Of a DNA stretch of 64,000 nt, positions 33,723 through 41,727 are shown in pieces. Under the pieces are notes generated by a model. It made no database searches and was not told the origin of the DNA. It saw only the letters and a program-made list of their open reading frames with translations. This DNA comes from Eubacteriales bacterium (GTDB taxonomy: Bacteria > Bacillota > Clostridia > Christensenellales > Aristaeellaceae). Every line of letters begins with the position of its first letter. Positions within the stretch are counted from its first letter, which is position 1. The stretch is from NCBI GenBank assembly GCA_031547595.1, contig JAVBRU010000018.1, positions 3,896-67,895 on the forward strand. Reading direction: 5' to 3'. Both the position numbers and the translations under genes were made by a program.

Positions 33723-34796
33723 ATGTTTAGCAGCGAGCTGTCCAAGCAGGTATTCACGCAGTTTTTCATCGCGCTGATTCTCTATTTGATTGGGATCACG
33801 GTGCTGATGGTTGCGTGCAAGCTGATCTTTTCCACGTTTGTCCGCAGCCTTGACAGGACGCTGTATAGCCTGTTGTGGTATATCAACGACAACCTGTTTT
33901 CAGTGCTCATCCTGTGCTTCCTGCTGGGCTTCATCGTGCTCTTTGCTATCTATTGGCGCAAAACCCTGGGCTATATCGACATCATTGCCGAGGCCAGCGA
34001 AAAACTGGTTACGCCGCAGGAGGAGTGGATCAGCCTGCCCGTGGCACTCAAGCAAGTGGAAGAGCGCATGAACCAGGTCAAGCAGGACGCCCTTCGTAAC
34101 GCGCGCCTGGCCAAGGAATCCGAACAGCGCAAGAACGACCTGATTGTCTACCTGGCGCACGATATCAAAACGCCGCTCACCTCTGTCATTGGCTATCTCA
34201 GCCTCATGGACGAAGCGCCGGATATGCCCCTTGAGCAGCGTGCCAAGTACACCCGCATCACCCTTGACAAGGCGCACCGCCTCGAACAACTGATTAATGA
34301 GTTTTTTGAGATTACACGCTATAACCTGCAGGCCATCACCCTCAGCAAACATCGCGTAGACCTGAGCTACCTGCTGATGCAATTAACCGATGAGTTTTAC
34401 CCGCAGCTTCATGCCAGCGGCAAGAGTGCAAAGCTGCATTTGCCAGAGGATTTGATCACCATCGGCGATGGGGACAAGCTGGCGCGCGTGTTCAACAACA
34501 TCCTCAAAAACGCGGTGGCGTATAGCGCGCCTGAAAGCGTGATCGACATTGCGGCAGTACGCGATGCGGGCAAGGTGCGCATCACCTTCGAAAACGACGG
34601 CAGCATCCCGCCCGAAAAACTGAACGCCATATTTGAGAAGTTTTTTCGCCTGGATGACGCGCGTTCCAGCGGCACCGGCGGTGCGGGGCTGGGCCTTGCC
34701 ATCGCCAAGGAGATTGTCACCCTGCACGGCGGCAGCATCTATGCCAAGAGCACGGATGGAAGAACGACCTTTACGGTGGAATTGCCCACGGCGTAG
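33723..34796 (+). CDS. vanS: sensor histidine kinase, VanS-type
   Basis: Start is ATG 33723, or TTG 33702 overlapping the vanR end. It has two N-terminal TM helices. The H-box region EQRKNDLIVYLAHDIKTPLTSVIGYLSLMDEAPDMPLEQRAKYTRITLDKAHRLEQLINEFFEITRYNLQ and the G-boxes …RLDDARSSGTGGAGLGLAIAKEIV…HGG.IYA are nearly identical in pattern to VanS. Confidence 0.9.
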   Translation: MFSSELSKQVFTQFFIALILYLIGITVLMVACKLIFSTFVRSLDRTLYSLLWYINDNLFSVLILCFLLGFIVLFAIYWRKTLGYIDIIAEASEKLVTPQEEWISLPVALKQVEERMNQVKQDALRNARLAKESEQRKNDLIVYLAHDIKTPLTSVIGYLSLMDEAPDMPLEQRAKYTRITLDKAHRLEQLINEFFEITRYNLQAITLSKHRVDLSYLLMQLTDEFYPQLHASGKSAKLHLPEDLITIGDGDKLARVFNNILKNAVAYSAPESVIDIAAVRDAGKVRITFENDGSIPPEKLNAIFEKFFRLDDARSSGTGGAGLGLAIAKEIVTLHGGSIYAKSTDGRTTFTVELPTA

Positions 34797-34870
34797 GGGA
34801 GGGAGGACCGGGGGTGCGCTGGGCTCTGCCCCAGTCCCCGCTTCTGTATCCTTCGATGATATTGAGTGAT
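34797..34870 (+). repeat. GC-rich intergenic repeat, copy R3 (3' of vanS)
   Basis: Sequence: GGGGAGGGAGGACCGGGGGTGCGCTGGGCTCTGCCCCAGTCCCCGCTTCTGTATCCTTCGATGATATTGAGTG. It shares the GGGA(G)GGA…GCTGGG..C..GCCCCAG head with R1/R2, and the …CTGCCCCAGT…TGTA.C.TTCGATGAT..TTGAGTG tail with R4. Confidence 0.7.
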
Positions 34871-35034
34871 CGTGTGCGTGCAAAAACTTTTTAGTCCAAT
34901 CCTTACTCGCTCTTCACATTTTCTTAATAAATTCATCAGCCGATGTTCAAAAATAGCTCGTCCTGATACGGTACACTGTGTGTCGTAGGGGCGAGCTTCT
35001 TTGTTCCTGCAAATTCTGCAAAGCAGGTGATTGG

Positions 35035-35871
35035 ATGTCCCGAAAGAGATTGACACAAATGTTTCCCGGGCTGCTGCCGCTTCGGCTGCGCCAGCGCAAG
35101 TTCTGCTTCTATCTGCGCATGAAAATGGACGGGCAGGCGTATGCCCGGACGCTGCATTCGCTGCAGCTGCCCCACAAGCTGTTTCAGGCGGGCGGTGCGA
35201 TGTACAACAGCGATACGGGGTTTGATATGGAATATCAACGCAACAAGGTGCACAATCTGCGGCTGGTGGCGCGGATGCTGGACGGGCTATTGATCAAGCC
35301 GGGGGAGACATTCTCCTTCTGGCACGCGGCGAGGCATGCGGACAGGGAGAACCCGTTCAAGGACGGGCTGACGGTAAAGGACGGGCAATTGACCACCGCG
35401 CCGGGCGGCGGCTTGTGCCAGATGAGCAATCTGCTGTTCTGGGTGTTCCTGCACGCGCCGCTGACCATTGTGGAGCGGCATACCCATGAACTAAAGGATT
35501 TCCCCTCGCCCAGCCAGGATGCGCCAGAGGGCGTGGATGCGACGGTCAGCGAGGGCTGGCTGGATCTGAAGGTGCGAAACGATACCCATTACACCTTCCA
35601 GATCAGCATCGGGTTTGATGAGGAATGCATCTATGGCAGCCTGTATGCTGATCAGCCGATGCCCTGCCGTTATCATATTGTGGGACGGGACCTCAACTAT
35701 TTCCAAAAAGGCAGCACGGTGTACGAGAAGATCACCATCCTGCGTCAGCAGGTGGACAAGGACACGGGCTGTGTGCTCAATGAAACGCCGCTCTATCATA
35801 ACTTATGCCGCATCGGTTATCAGCTGCCGGTGGGCACCCCTGTGTGGGAGAAAGGAAATGACTATGCCTAA
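35035..35871 (+). CDS. vanW: VanW-family protein
   Basis: Trimmed to ATG 35035. 278 aa. …IKPGETFSFWHAARHADRENPFKDGL…GGGLCQMSNLLFWVFLHAPLTIVERHTH… is the VanW domain core. It lies immediately upstream of the van ligase, as in vanB/vanG operons. Confidence 0.85.
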   Translation: MSRKRLTQMFPGLLPLRLRQRKFCFYLRMKMDGQAYARTLHSLQLPHKLFQAGGAMYNSDTGFDMEYQRNKVHNLRLVARMLDGLLIKPGETFSFWHAARHADRENPFKDGLTVKDGQLTTAPGGGLCQMSNLLFWVFLHAPLTIVERHTHELKDFPSPSQDAPEGVDATVSEGWLDLKVRNDTHYTFQISIGFDEECIYGSLYADQPMPCRYHIVGRDLNYFQKGSTVYEKITILRQQVDKDTGCVLNETPLYHNLCRIGYQLPVGTPVWEKGNDYA

Positions 35872-36910
35872 AATGACCTTGGCCGTGCTGTTTGGCGGCA
35901 ATTCTTCCGAATATGAAGTCTCTTTGCAATCTGCGCATGCGGTGCTGTGTCATATCGATACGGCGCTGTATGATGTGATTCCCCTGGGTATCACGCGCAC
36001 AGGGGAGTGGTATTGGTTCACTGGCGATATTGCGAAGGTGAAAGACAACACCTGGTATAGCCCGGCGGACTGTGTGAGCGTGATGATTGCGCCCAGCCCG
36101 CAGGTGCATGGCATGGTAATATTGGACGGGGAGATGAACAGCGTACGCCTGGATGCCGCGCTGCCTGTGCTGCATGGCAAGAATGGCGAGGACGGCACGG
36201 TGCAGGGGCTGCTTCAGCTGGCGGGCATTCCAATCATCGGCTGCAATACGCTGGCCAGCGCGCTTTGCATGGACAAGCACCGTGCGCATCAGGCGGCCAA
36301 GGCGGCGGGCATTCTGGTGCCCCGCGCGTTTACGGTGCGCCGGGACGCGCCTGTAGAAGAGGCATTGATGCGTGCGGAGGCATTTGGGTTTCCGCTGTTT
36401 GTAAAACCCGTCAAGGCAGGTTCGTCCTTTGGCATCACCAAGGTAAACAGCAGGCTTTCCCTGCCAAATGCGCTGGCGTTGGCCTGGCAGCATGATGATA
36501 CCGCCATTGTGGAAGAAGCGATCCCCGGGTTTGAGGTGGGCTGCGCCGTGATGGGGGATGGAGAACTGGTGGTGGGTGAGGTGGACGAAATCGAGCTAAG
36601 CAATGGCTTCTTTGATTACTTTGAAAAATACAACCTCAGCACCTCCAGCATCCACGTACCCGCGCGGATTTCGTCCAAGCAGGCGCAGGCGGTGAAGGAA
36701 ACGGCCAAGGTGCTGTATCAGGCGCTGGGCTGCAGCGGGTTTGCGCGGGTGGACATGTTCCTCACCCCGGCGGGCGATATCGTGTTCAACGAGGTCAACA
36801 CCATCCCCGGTTTCACACCCCACAGCCGTTTTCCCAGTATGATGAAGGCTGCGGGCATGGGGTTTGAGCAGGTGCTTAAGCATATTCTGAAAGGAGTAGT
36901 GAGCGCATGA
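35858..36910 (+). CDS. vanG: D-alanine--D-serine ligase, VanG-type
   Basis: Start ATG 35858 (RBS GGGAG 7 nt upstream), overlapping the vanW stop. 350 aa. It is colinear with VanG as I recall it: …FGGNS.EYEVSLQSA…IPLGITR.GEWY…PVLHGKNGEDGT.QG…AGIP..GC.TL.SALCMDK.RAH…PLF.KPV.AGSSFGITKV…, including the omega-loop segment DEIELSNGFFDYFEKY (VanG: …GFFDYTEKY). Confidence 0.85.
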   Translation: MTMPKMTLAVLFGGNSSEYEVSLQSAHAVLCHIDTALYDVIPLGITRTGEWYWFTGDIAKVKDNTWYSPADCVSVMIAPSPQVHGMVILDGEMNSVRLDAALPVLHGKNGEDGTVQGLLQLAGIPIIGCNTLASALCMDKHRAHQAAKAAGILVPRAFTVRRDAPVEEALMRAEAFGFPLFVKPVKAGSSFGITKVNSRLSLPNALALAWQHDDTAIVEEAIPGFEVGCAVMGDGELVVGEVDEIELSNGFFDYFEKYNLSTSSIHVPARISSKQAQAVKETAKVLYQALGCSGFARVDMFLTPAGDIVFNEVNTIPGFTPHSRFPSMMKAAGMGFEQVLKHILKGVVSA

Positions 36911-38058
36911 ACGGGCAGGCGCGCGCTTGGCGGGAGCTGGATTTAGACGCCCTCCAAAACAACGTCAACGTCCTTCGCGGCCTGTTGCCGCAAGGCTGCG
37001 CGTTGATGGCGGTGGTGAAGGCCAATGCGTACGGGCACGGCGCGGTGCCCGTGGCGCGGGCACTGAATGCAGAGGGCATTGATCATTTTTGCGTGGCCAC
37101 CGTTGCCGAGGGCGTGGAGCTTCGAAGCGCGGGTATCATGGGTGAAATCCTGGTGCTGGGCTATACGCATCCCAGCCAGTTTGAGCTGCTATACCGGCAT
37201 CAGCTGACCCAGACCCTGGTGGACGTGGGCTATGCCGCCCTGCTGAATGCCTATGGCAAGCCGCTAATGGCCCACATCAAGGTGGATACCGGCATGCACC
37301 GGCTGGGGGAGAAATGGACGAACACGGAGGCGCTGGCCGGCATGTTTTCCTTGCCGCACATCCGCATCACCGGTATGTTTACGCATTTGGCCACGGCGGA
37401 TGGGGAAGGTACTGCCGAAAAGGCATTCGCGAAGCAGCAGATCGAGCGGTTTTATGCCGTTGTACATGTGCTGGAGGGGCGGGGTATTCCCCGGCCGCGG
37501 CTGCACATCCAAAGCAGCGCGGGCATCTTCCATCACTCTGAATTGCACTGTGATGGCGCGCGGCCGGGCATGGCGCTGTATGGTATGCTCAGTAATACCA
37601 TGGTGAAAGGCTTGCAGCCCGTGCTGAATGTGCGCACGCGGGTGGCCGCGCTTCGCGAGGTGGCGGCAGGGGATAGCGTGGGCTATGGGCTTGACTATAC
37701 TGCGCAGCGGCCTTTGCATGTGGCCACCCTCAGCATCGGCTATGCAGACGGCATTCCACGGCAGTTGCAGGGTGGCCATGTGTTGATCGGCGCAAAAAAA
37801 GCGCCCTTGATCGGGCGCATCTGTATGGATGCTATGATGGCGGATGTGACGGATATTCCCGGCGTTTTGCCCGGAGACATTGCCACTGTGCTAGGCAGCG
37901 CGGGCAATCAGCGCATCACCGCCTGCGATATCGCAGTGCAGGCAGGCACAATCGCCAATGAGGTGCTCAGCCGCCTTGGCGAACGGCTGGAAATCAGAGC
38001 AGCGATGCCGCAGCTTTGTCCAGCAGCAGGGTCACATGTGTGTGTGCGCGCAGGATAG
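36907..38058 (+). CDS. vanT: PLP-dependent alanine/serine racemase, soluble (VanT racemase domain only)
   Basis: 383 aa with ATGA overlap with vanG. It has the PLP-lysine motif AVVKANAYGHGA and C-terminal …IGYADG…GRICMD…. No N-terminal membrane/acyltransferase domain is present. The 3' end overlaps convergent nagB by 65 nt. Confidence 0.75.
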   Translation: MNGQARAWRELDLDALQNNVNVLRGLLPQGCALMAVVKANAYGHGAVPVARALNAEGIDHFCVATVAEGVELRSAGIMGEILVLGYTHPSQFELLYRHQLTQTLVDVGYAALLNAYGKPLMAHIKVDTGMHRLGEKWTNTEALAGMFSLPHIRITGMFTHLATADGEGTAEKAFAKQQIERFYAVVHVLEGRGIPRPRLHIQSSAGIFHHSELHCDGARPGMALYGMLSNTMVKGLQPVLNVRTRVAALREVAAGDSVGYGLDYTAQRPLHVATLSIGYADGIPRQLQGGHVLIGAKKAPLIGRICMDAMMADVTDIPGVLPGDIATVLGSAGNQRITACDIAVQAGTIANEVLSRLGERLEIRAAMPQLCPAAGSHVCVRAG

Positions 38059-38713
38059 ATGCCTGCACCGCAGGGGCGATATCGCCATGCACAGTGTTGT
38101 AAATAGCATTGGCTTTGTCTGCGCCCATGGCGATTAGCACGATTTCCTTGGCTTCCATGATGCCGCCAATACCCAGCGAAATGGCGCTGCGTGGCACCTG
38201 ATCCTCGCTCTCGAAAAAGCGGCGATTGGCATCAATCGTGCTCTGGGTGAGCGCCACCACGTGGGTGCCATAAATAAAGGAATCCCCCGGCTCGTTAAAG
38301 CCGATGTGGCCGTTGCGGCCAATGCCCAACAATTGCAAATCGATGCCGCCGCTTGCGCGGATGGCGGCGTCGTAACGCACGCATTCCGCCTGCATATCGG
38401 CGGCGTTGCCATCGGGCAGGTAGGTGGCCTTTATGTTGATGCCGTGGAAAAGCTGCTCCTGCATAAAGGCGTGATAGCTGCACACATGGGCAGAGGGCAG
38501 GCCGCAGTATTCGTCCAGGTTGAAGCTGATGGTGTTGGAGAAATCCAGCACGCCTGCGCGGTGCATGGCGATCAATTGGCCATAGCAGCCGATGGGGGAG
38601 GAGCCGGTGGCAAGGCCCAGCACGCTGGCCGGTTTGTTGAGGATTTGCGCCGCAAAAATCGTGGCGGCTGCGTGGCTGACCTGCTGGGCGTTATCATACA
38701 CATGGATTTGCAT
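37994..38713 (-). CDS. nagB: glucosamine-6-phosphate deaminase
   Basis: 239 aa. MQIHVYDNAQQVSHAAA…VLGLATGSSPIG.Y…FNLDEY.GL…GIDLQLLGIGRNGHIGFNEPG… is the canonical NagB signature. Confidence 0.95.
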   Translation of the reverse strand: MQIHVYDNAQQVSHAAATIFAAQILNKPASVLGLATGSSPIGCYGQLIAMHRAGVLDFSNTISFNLDEYCGLPSAHVCSYHAFMQEQLFHGINIKATYLPDGNAADMQAECVRYDAAIRASGGIDLQLLGIGRNGHIGFNEPGDSFIYGTHVVALTQSTIDANRRFFESEDQVPRSAISLGIGGIMEAKEIVLIAMGADKANAIYNTVHGDIAPAVQASILRAHTHVTLLLDKAAASLL

Positions 38714-38817
38714 GGGAAGTCCCTCCTGTGATTCGTTCTGATTGAATGCATTCTATTATAACATACAAATGAACAAACTGACAAGGACTATTGCAGTTTT
38801 CTGCAATTCTTTATACC

Positions 38818-39669
38818 CTATGTAGAAATGATATCCAGTGGTTCCTCTCCCTGGTATCGCCGGATCAGGCGCGGCGCTGCCATTGTGGCGTCAGGTGCTA
38901 CGCTGGCCAGCTGCATCACTGCGCCCTGGTGCACATCGGCCACCAGCACGCCTTGCTTCAGCGGAATGATCCGCTGCGGATACGACAACCTCAGCCGGTA
39001 CAGGATGCGCCCATCCGCGCGAAGACACACCAACGCGCCATTGCAACCTGCCAGATAGCAGCCCTGATGTGCCAATAGCGCAGAGGGTGCGCCCTGCAGC
39101 GTGATCACTTCTTCGCTGACCCCGCGCTGGCTGATAAACAGCAGCCGCGAGCACACTTCGTGATCCCCTACCGCGCACAGTGCCAGCATGCCGCGCGGCG
39201 CAAAGCATACCGCGCTGGCGATGCCCGCCACCCGCACACGGTTGATACAGCTCAGCTGTGTGTCAAACAGCAGCACTTCCCCTGCCGCGCCCCCGGCCAC
39301 GGCCAGGAAGTTCCCGCAGGGGCTGATCGAAACGTCCCTCGGGTACAGCCCCGCCGGGGCGCTGATCGACAGCTCACCCGTTTCGGCCTCCAGCCTGCTG
39401 ATGCTGTCCGCATCCTCGGACAGTGCAAACACGCCCTGTTGCACCGCCGCCATGCGGCTCACCCCCGGCGGTACCGGAAAATCCATTAGCACCGCATGCG
39501 ATTGTGCGCAGTAGCAAACCCCTTCCTGCGCGGACGCGCAATACACCCGCTGCCTTGCGCTGCACAGCGCGCAGGGCGCGTCCATCAGCCGGGTTTGCGC
39601 CCCGCCCTCCAGTACAGTCAACCCTTTCTGAGCATCTGCCACCCATAGCGCCATGCCATCACCCCTCAT
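38818..39669 (-). CDS. hypothetical Cys-rich protein, possibly beta-propeller-like
   Basis: The track ORF (to 39897) would run through the divergent ABC promoter. Plausible starts are ATG 39669 (MRGDGMALWV) or ATG 39654 (preceded by GAGGGG). It has periodic Gly/Val/Ala-rich strands and many Cys, and no recognisable motifs. Confidence 0.4.
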   Translation of the reverse strand: MRGDGMALWVADAQKGLTVLEGGAQTRLMDAPCALCSARQRVYCASAQEGVCYCAQSHAVLMDFPVPPGVSRMAAVQQGVFALSEDADSISRLEAETGELSISAPAGLYPRDVSISPCGNFLAVAGGAAGEVLLFDTQLSCINRVRVAGIASAVCFAPRGMLALCAVGDHEVCSRLLFISQRGVSEEVITLQGAPSALLAHQGCYLAGCNGALVCLRADGRILYRLRLSYPQRIIPLKQGVLVADVHQGAVMQLASVAPDATMAAPRLIRRYQGEEPLDIIST

Positions 39670-39767
39670 AGCAAGGTATGACGGTTTGCAGGAAGCGGTG
39701 CTTGCCATGGATTTGCCGCTATGGTATAATGTTGCTGAAAGCCGCAGCAATGAAGGGGCGGGAAGCG

Positions 39768-40658
39768 ATGAGCACCATACAGGTAACAGGGCTGACGCGG
39801 GATTATGGCAGCGGGCGCGGCGTATTTGACGTGTCCTTTGCCATAGAGCAAGGCGAGGTTTTTGGGTTTCTTGGGCCAAACGGCGCTGGCAAAACAACGG
39901 CCATCCGGCATTTGATGGGCTTTTTGAAGCCAGAGAAGGGGAACTGTACCATCCTTAAGCACGACTGCTGGGCGCAGCGCGCGCAAATACAGCAGCAGGT
40001 GGGCTACATCCCCGGTGAGATCGCTTTTTTTGATGATATGACGGGCACGGATTTTCTGGACTTTATGGCGCAATACCGCGGCCTTCGCGCAAATGGCAAA
40101 ACCCGTGAGCTATTAGACCGCTTTGAGCTGGATGCGCGCGGCAAGCTCAAAAAAATGAGCAAGGGCATGAAACAAAAGATCGGCATTGTAGCGGCGTTTA
40201 TGCACGACCCTGCCGTGCTGATCCTCGATGAGCCCACCAGCGGCCTGGACCCTCTGATGCAAAGCCGCTTTATTGATCTGATCCTGGAAGAAAAACAGCG
40301 CGGCAAGACCATCCTGATGTCTTCCCACATCTTTGAGGAAGTGGAGCGCACCTGTCAGCGCGTGGCTATACTGAACAGCGGACGCCTGGCGGCGCTGAAC
40401 AGCGTGGATGCCTTGAAGGCCGCACAGGTGCGCCGCTATGTGATCACCTTGGAGAGCGACCAGGCCGCCGCTGCCTTTGCCCGCGAAGCGGACGGCGTGG
40501 TGCATAACGGCAAACATGTGACGGTGGTGGTGCGAAGCGATATGCACGCCTTGATCGCGCTGATGGCGCGTTCTCCCGTCACCAATATTGCCGCGCCCAC
40601 CCAGAGCCTCGAGGATGTCTTTATGCACTACTATGGAGGTGAAAGACATGATCAATAA
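39768..40658 (+). CDS. ABC transporter ATP-binding protein (ABC-2 type system)
   Basis: Trimmed to ATG 39768. 296 aa with Walker A GPNGAGKTT, signature MSKGMKQKIG and Walker B VLILDEPTSGLD. Confidence 0.9.
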   Translation: MSTIQVTGLTRDYGSGRGVFDVSFAIEQGEVFGFLGPNGAGKTTAIRHLMGFLKPEKGNCTILKHDCWAQRAQIQQQVGYIPGEIAFFDDMTGTDFLDFMAQYRGLRANGKTRELLDRFELDARGKLKKMSKGMKQKIGIVAAFMHDPAVLILDEPTSGLDPLMQSRFIDLILEEKQRGKTILMSSHIFEEVERTCQRVAILNSGRLAALNSVDALKAAQVRRYVITLESDQAAAAFAREADGVVHNGKHVTVVVRSDMHALIALMARSPVTNIAAPTQSLEDVFMHYYGGERHDQ

Positions 40659-41442
40659 AACGCTGTACCGGCGTGGAATGAAGGGCACATGGAAGCTGCT
40701 GCTTATCTTCTGCGCGGTGCTGACGATGTACTTCACCATCATTATATCCATGTACGACCCTGCGCTGGGCAGCGCGCTGGTTGAATTCTCCAAGGTGATG
40801 CCGGAGCTGATGGCGATGGTCGGGATGAACCCTGCGTCCACCTCTCTGCTCAGCCATATGGCAGCGTACCTGTACGGGTTTGTGATGCTGCTGTTCCCAA
40901 TGGCGTTTGCTATCCTATGCGCCAATAAGTTGATCGCAAAACACGTGGAGAATGGGTCCATGGCTTACCTCCTGGCCGCGCCCGTGCGGCGAAGTACTGT
41001 CGTATTGACCCAGTTGGCCGTGCAAGCCACCAACATTGGCATCATGGTGGTTTATGCCACGGTGCTGTCGCTGACGGAATGCCAGCTTCTTTTTCCGGGC
41101 GGTCTGGAGATCGGGCGCTTCCTGCTGATGAACGTGGGCGTGCTGGCGCTGCACCTCTTTATTGGCAGTCTGTGCTTTGCCTGCGCATGCGTATTCAACG
41201 AATCGAAGATCGGCCTGAGCCTTGGCGCGGGCGTCCCGGCACTTTGCTTTATTTTGCAAATGGCGGCACAGGCGGGCGATAAGTATTCATTTTTGAAATA
41301 TGCTTCGTTTTTTACTTTGTATCAGCCGCAGGCCATAGCGCTGGGGGATGGCATGCTGGGGATAGCAGTGCTGTTTGCCGGGGCTGCGGCGCTGTATGCG
41401 GTGGGCGCGGCGGTATTTTGCAAGAAGGATTTGTATATTTGA
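40648..41442 (+). CDS. ABC-2 type transporter permease
   Basis: Trimmed to ATG 40648 (RBS GGAGGTGA; 11-nt overlap with the ATPase gene). 264 aa with 6 predicted TM segments. Confidence 0.75.
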   Translation: MINKTLYRRGMKGTWKLLLIFCAVLTMYFTIIISMYDPALGSALVEFSKVMPELMAMVGMNPASTSLLSHMAAYLYGFVMLLFPMAFAILCANKLIAKHVENGSMAYLLAAPVRRSTVVLTQLAVQATNIGIMVVYATVLSLTECQLLFPGGLEIGRFLLMNVGVLALHLFIGSLCFACACVFNESKIGLSLGAGVPALCFILQMAAQAGDKYSFLKYASFFTLYQPQAIALGDGMLGIAVLFAGAAALYAVGAAVFCKKDLYI

Positions 41443-41451
41443 GAGAGACGA

Positions 41452-41520
41452 TGAGGCAGGGAGAGAGGACTCTCTGCCCCCAGTTTTGTACCTTTCGATG
41501 ATGCTTGAGTGCATGCGCGG
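41452..41520 (+). repeat. intergenic repeat, copy R4 (3' of ABC-2 permease)
   Basis: Sequence: GAGGCAGGGAGAGAGGACTCTCTGCCCCCAGTTTTGTACCTTTCGATGATGCTTGAGTGCATGCGCGG. It aligns with the R3 tail (CTCTGCCCC(C)AGT…TGTA(T/C)C(T)TTCGATGAT(AT/GC)TTGAGTG). Confidence 0.65.
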
Positions 41521-41525
41521 GAACG

Positions 41526-41586
41526 AAAAAGGGCTGTGGATCACCTTTGGAATGCCAGCATTCCACGGCGCCACAGCCTTTTTTCT
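41526..41586. terminator. bidirectional terminator between the ABC-2 permease and spoIID
   Basis: AAAAAGGGCTGTGG … CCACAGCCTTTTTTC, with an internal sub-hairpin GGAATGCCAGCATTCC. Confidence 0.55.
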
Positions 41587-41727
41587 GTCATTTGTTCCAC
41601 GGCTGACCAGTGGCTAGACGCCACTGCCTGTACACCTAAATTACGCTAGGCGCCCGTGGAAATCAAACGGCATTCCTATCGGTTGCATGGATTCCTTTGT
41701 TCCATTTGTGCGTGTACCCCAGCCTCG

